DNA of 63,833 nucleotides, filler included, from Sphacelaria rigidula (Eukaryota): NCBI GenBank assembly GCA_964200075.2. It is 10 parts of 10 records of this genome, joined end to end, with 100 filler letters (N's around TTAATTAATTAA, not from the genome) between each part and the next. Parts side by side here need not be neighbours in the genome. Positions count along the whole stretch, not along the records: positions 57,542 to 63,833 come from CAXNAA020020966.1; 9 more parts are not named here. One strand, 5' to 3'. Shown piece by piece: positions 61,546 to 63,833 of this stretch (position 1 is its first letter; each line of letters starts with the position of its first letter). The notes under the pieces were generated by a model. It saw only the letters and a program-made list of their open reading frames with translations, ran no database searches and was not told where the DNA came from. The position numbers and the translations under genes were made by a program.

Positions 61546-63833
61546 GGCGGTCAAACTATTCATTTTCTGGCATTTTGTGGTTTTTTCGTAATTGGCGATT
61601 TTCGTGGGCTCTTTTCGCTTGCCACCGCTCATCACGTTGGGGATCTGAAGATATTTATATCTGCTTCACGTTCCAAGAAAGAAAAAACATATTTACTCAG
61701 CATTGATTGAGTTACGGGCTGACCGGTCATCGGGGGTCCTGCCACGTTTCAGCCCATATTCTTACTCCTCGGTATTTTAGGTTCATCGAGCCTGTCCCGA
61801 TCATAGTTGTCAAGAAATGTACAGTTTTATTTTTATGGAACTCCACCTACTCATGGCACTATTTATTATAGAGCCGAAAAACTGTGTTTCACGGTCAATA
61901 ATACCCTCCTGATGAACGGGGAATTTACTCGTATTGCTCCATAACAGCAACCAACACTGATGTGGGGACTGTGTTTCGAAGATGATCTGTTGATTGTACC
62001 AAAATCTACCGACGCTAGCAATTTCGAGTTCTATCGAAGAGCAGTACGCGAAAAAAAACCCAAAACACCCCTGAATAGTTAGACGGCCCACTACTGTAGC
62101 CCGAGTCACAGGGAGCTGATATGTCCGCCGTGTGAACCATTCTACATACAGATCACCGGCCATAACAGTCAGCAGTCAGCTTCAACCCTTTGACCGTCAG
62201 CACCTCGACCTCTCGTTCATTTGTCAAGTGCAGAGGATGCCGATTCGACAGATGACCTTTTCATGCCGTCAAAAGGTCAGCCCGCTGATCGTCATTGCTG
62301 CTGAAAACAGTACTCAAACAAAGGACCAACCCAGGCGATCGAGAGACTAACCGTTTCGCGCCAAGATGGTTAAATCGGCATCATGTCTACTCGGAAAATG
62401 ACTATAGGATACAGATGATCTACCCGTGCCGTCCTAGCGCCAACCTCTTCTTCGGCGCCGACGCCCTCAAGATGGGTCCAATGTACACCGTTAGAAACGT
62501 GTCGGAAACAGTTGCTTTCGTCGATTTAGTTGCACCCAACTTACAGTACGGGGTTGGGATCCCAGAGTGCAAGGTTACATGCACGGTAGGTACGGTAGTA
62601 TGTTGTCATCGGGAGTATTGCTCGCAAACAGAAAGGGAGCTGCTCAGCTGCTACGTCAAGGTTACCGACATTGAAAGGATCAACTTGATTTTGATGTTTT
62701 TTCCTTAATGGGATTTGGTGCCCAAGGGATCCCGGGGGCGGGTCGTCCGTTGAATCTAGGAAAGTTTCACACCCTGGACAATACATGGTCAATAGTTATT
62801 TCACTCTCTCCGCTGACATACGTCCGGGACACCGTTCGTACTCTCCTGGCCTGAGGTCGTGTCTTCGCACTTTTTCCCCCCGATCGACAAGGTGCGGTGG
62901 AAAATCAGCATCTCGATCTGATAAGTCGCGATTTCAACCATCGTCATTCATGATTAAATGGCCATCTATCAGAGAAGCATTCTACTATTTCACCGCACTT
63001 TTTCGATTGAAAAACGACTTGTTACGGGCGTATCTCGGCCCATTTTTTTCGATCGAAAAAGTGCGATGGAAAATAATTTTTCCGATCCGATAGGTCCACC
63101 GCATTCCTATTCCCAGTTGGTTTCAACTATTTTGTATAATCAACGGCGCGCGGAGAAGAAGTAGAAAACAATAAAGCCGAACTTTTTCGATCGAGAACAT
63201 GCGGTCGGAGGGCACGAAGGGACACTTGACTCCTATCTTAGAGACCATCACTTCAGATACCACCCGTTCACAGAACCATGTTAACTCCACACAACTCATG
63301 CCCAGCTGTACCCCCGCTACCCTGAAACATAGAGCACGAGTTGAGCACAGGGATACATACACTGCAGTAGCTGGGTATGCTTTGTTTATTTCTTGTTGGC
63401 ATAAATGTGAGCATCTTCTCTCATGGTACGGATCAGCGACGGTACTGCGCGGTAGGATGGGCAACCGACTTGCGCACACGCTCATGGACGGTGCAAGCAG
63501 TGCAAAAGCTGCACGTTGTCCAAGTAAGTCCTTTTAACGTGGCATTGCGAGAGGAGAGAACAGATAGTCCTGCGCTGTCCGTTCCGCACTGGGCTTTTTT
63601 CTCGTTCACATCCTCCTGTACCAAACACACACATACGTACAGACTCAAGATACTGCATGCAAACAGGGAAGACAATTCCAACTTTTTCAGGAGTCGGACA
63701 AATCGTGATTCCTCTGGAAATCACTTGGTTTTAGTAGAAATGATTCGACTTGTACGAAACGTTGCAACCCAGGTATTCGCAGCCCAGACACGTGGAATGG
63801 CGCAAAAGTTGCGTGGATAGCCCTTGGACCAGC

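Noticed and set aside
61260..61706. 148-aa repeat protein (VALIAHPGQT)n
   Set aside because: It is a chance translation of TE subterminal tandem repeats.

Overview
This is eukaryotic nuclear DNA, most likely from a brown alga (Phaeophyceae). That call is an inference from short exons in long GT-AG introns, a brown-algal-type NB-ARC gene, TTAGGG repeats and the TE content. The window is not one locus: ten unrelated contigs of 6292-6294 bp are joined by artificial 100-bp linkers (N44-TTAATTAATTAA-N44), so adjacency across linkers is meaningless. Most ORFs in the track are spurious. Genes rebuilt by splice-phase checking are a PPC-like repeat protein (partial), an NB-ARC/NLR gene, TAF2 (partial), a flavin amine oxidase (partial), an orphan MRT4 exon and a secreted poly-Q protein (5' part). 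The rest is dense TE debris: LINEs, a tRNA-derived SINE, a Gypsy chromovirus, and hAT, Harbinger, Sola, CACTA and Tc1/mariner relics. Three observations stand out. (1) Two related non-LTR retroelement families end in C-tracts, not poly(A), and their target-site duplications begin in C-runs. (2) An intact intronic tRNA has a Lys-type body but a Glu (CTC) anticodon. (3) The NLR has an MLKL/RPW8-like N-terminal bundle, an altered MHD motif and a perfect 63-bp exonic duplication. All family assignments come from motif recognition by eye; no searches were run.
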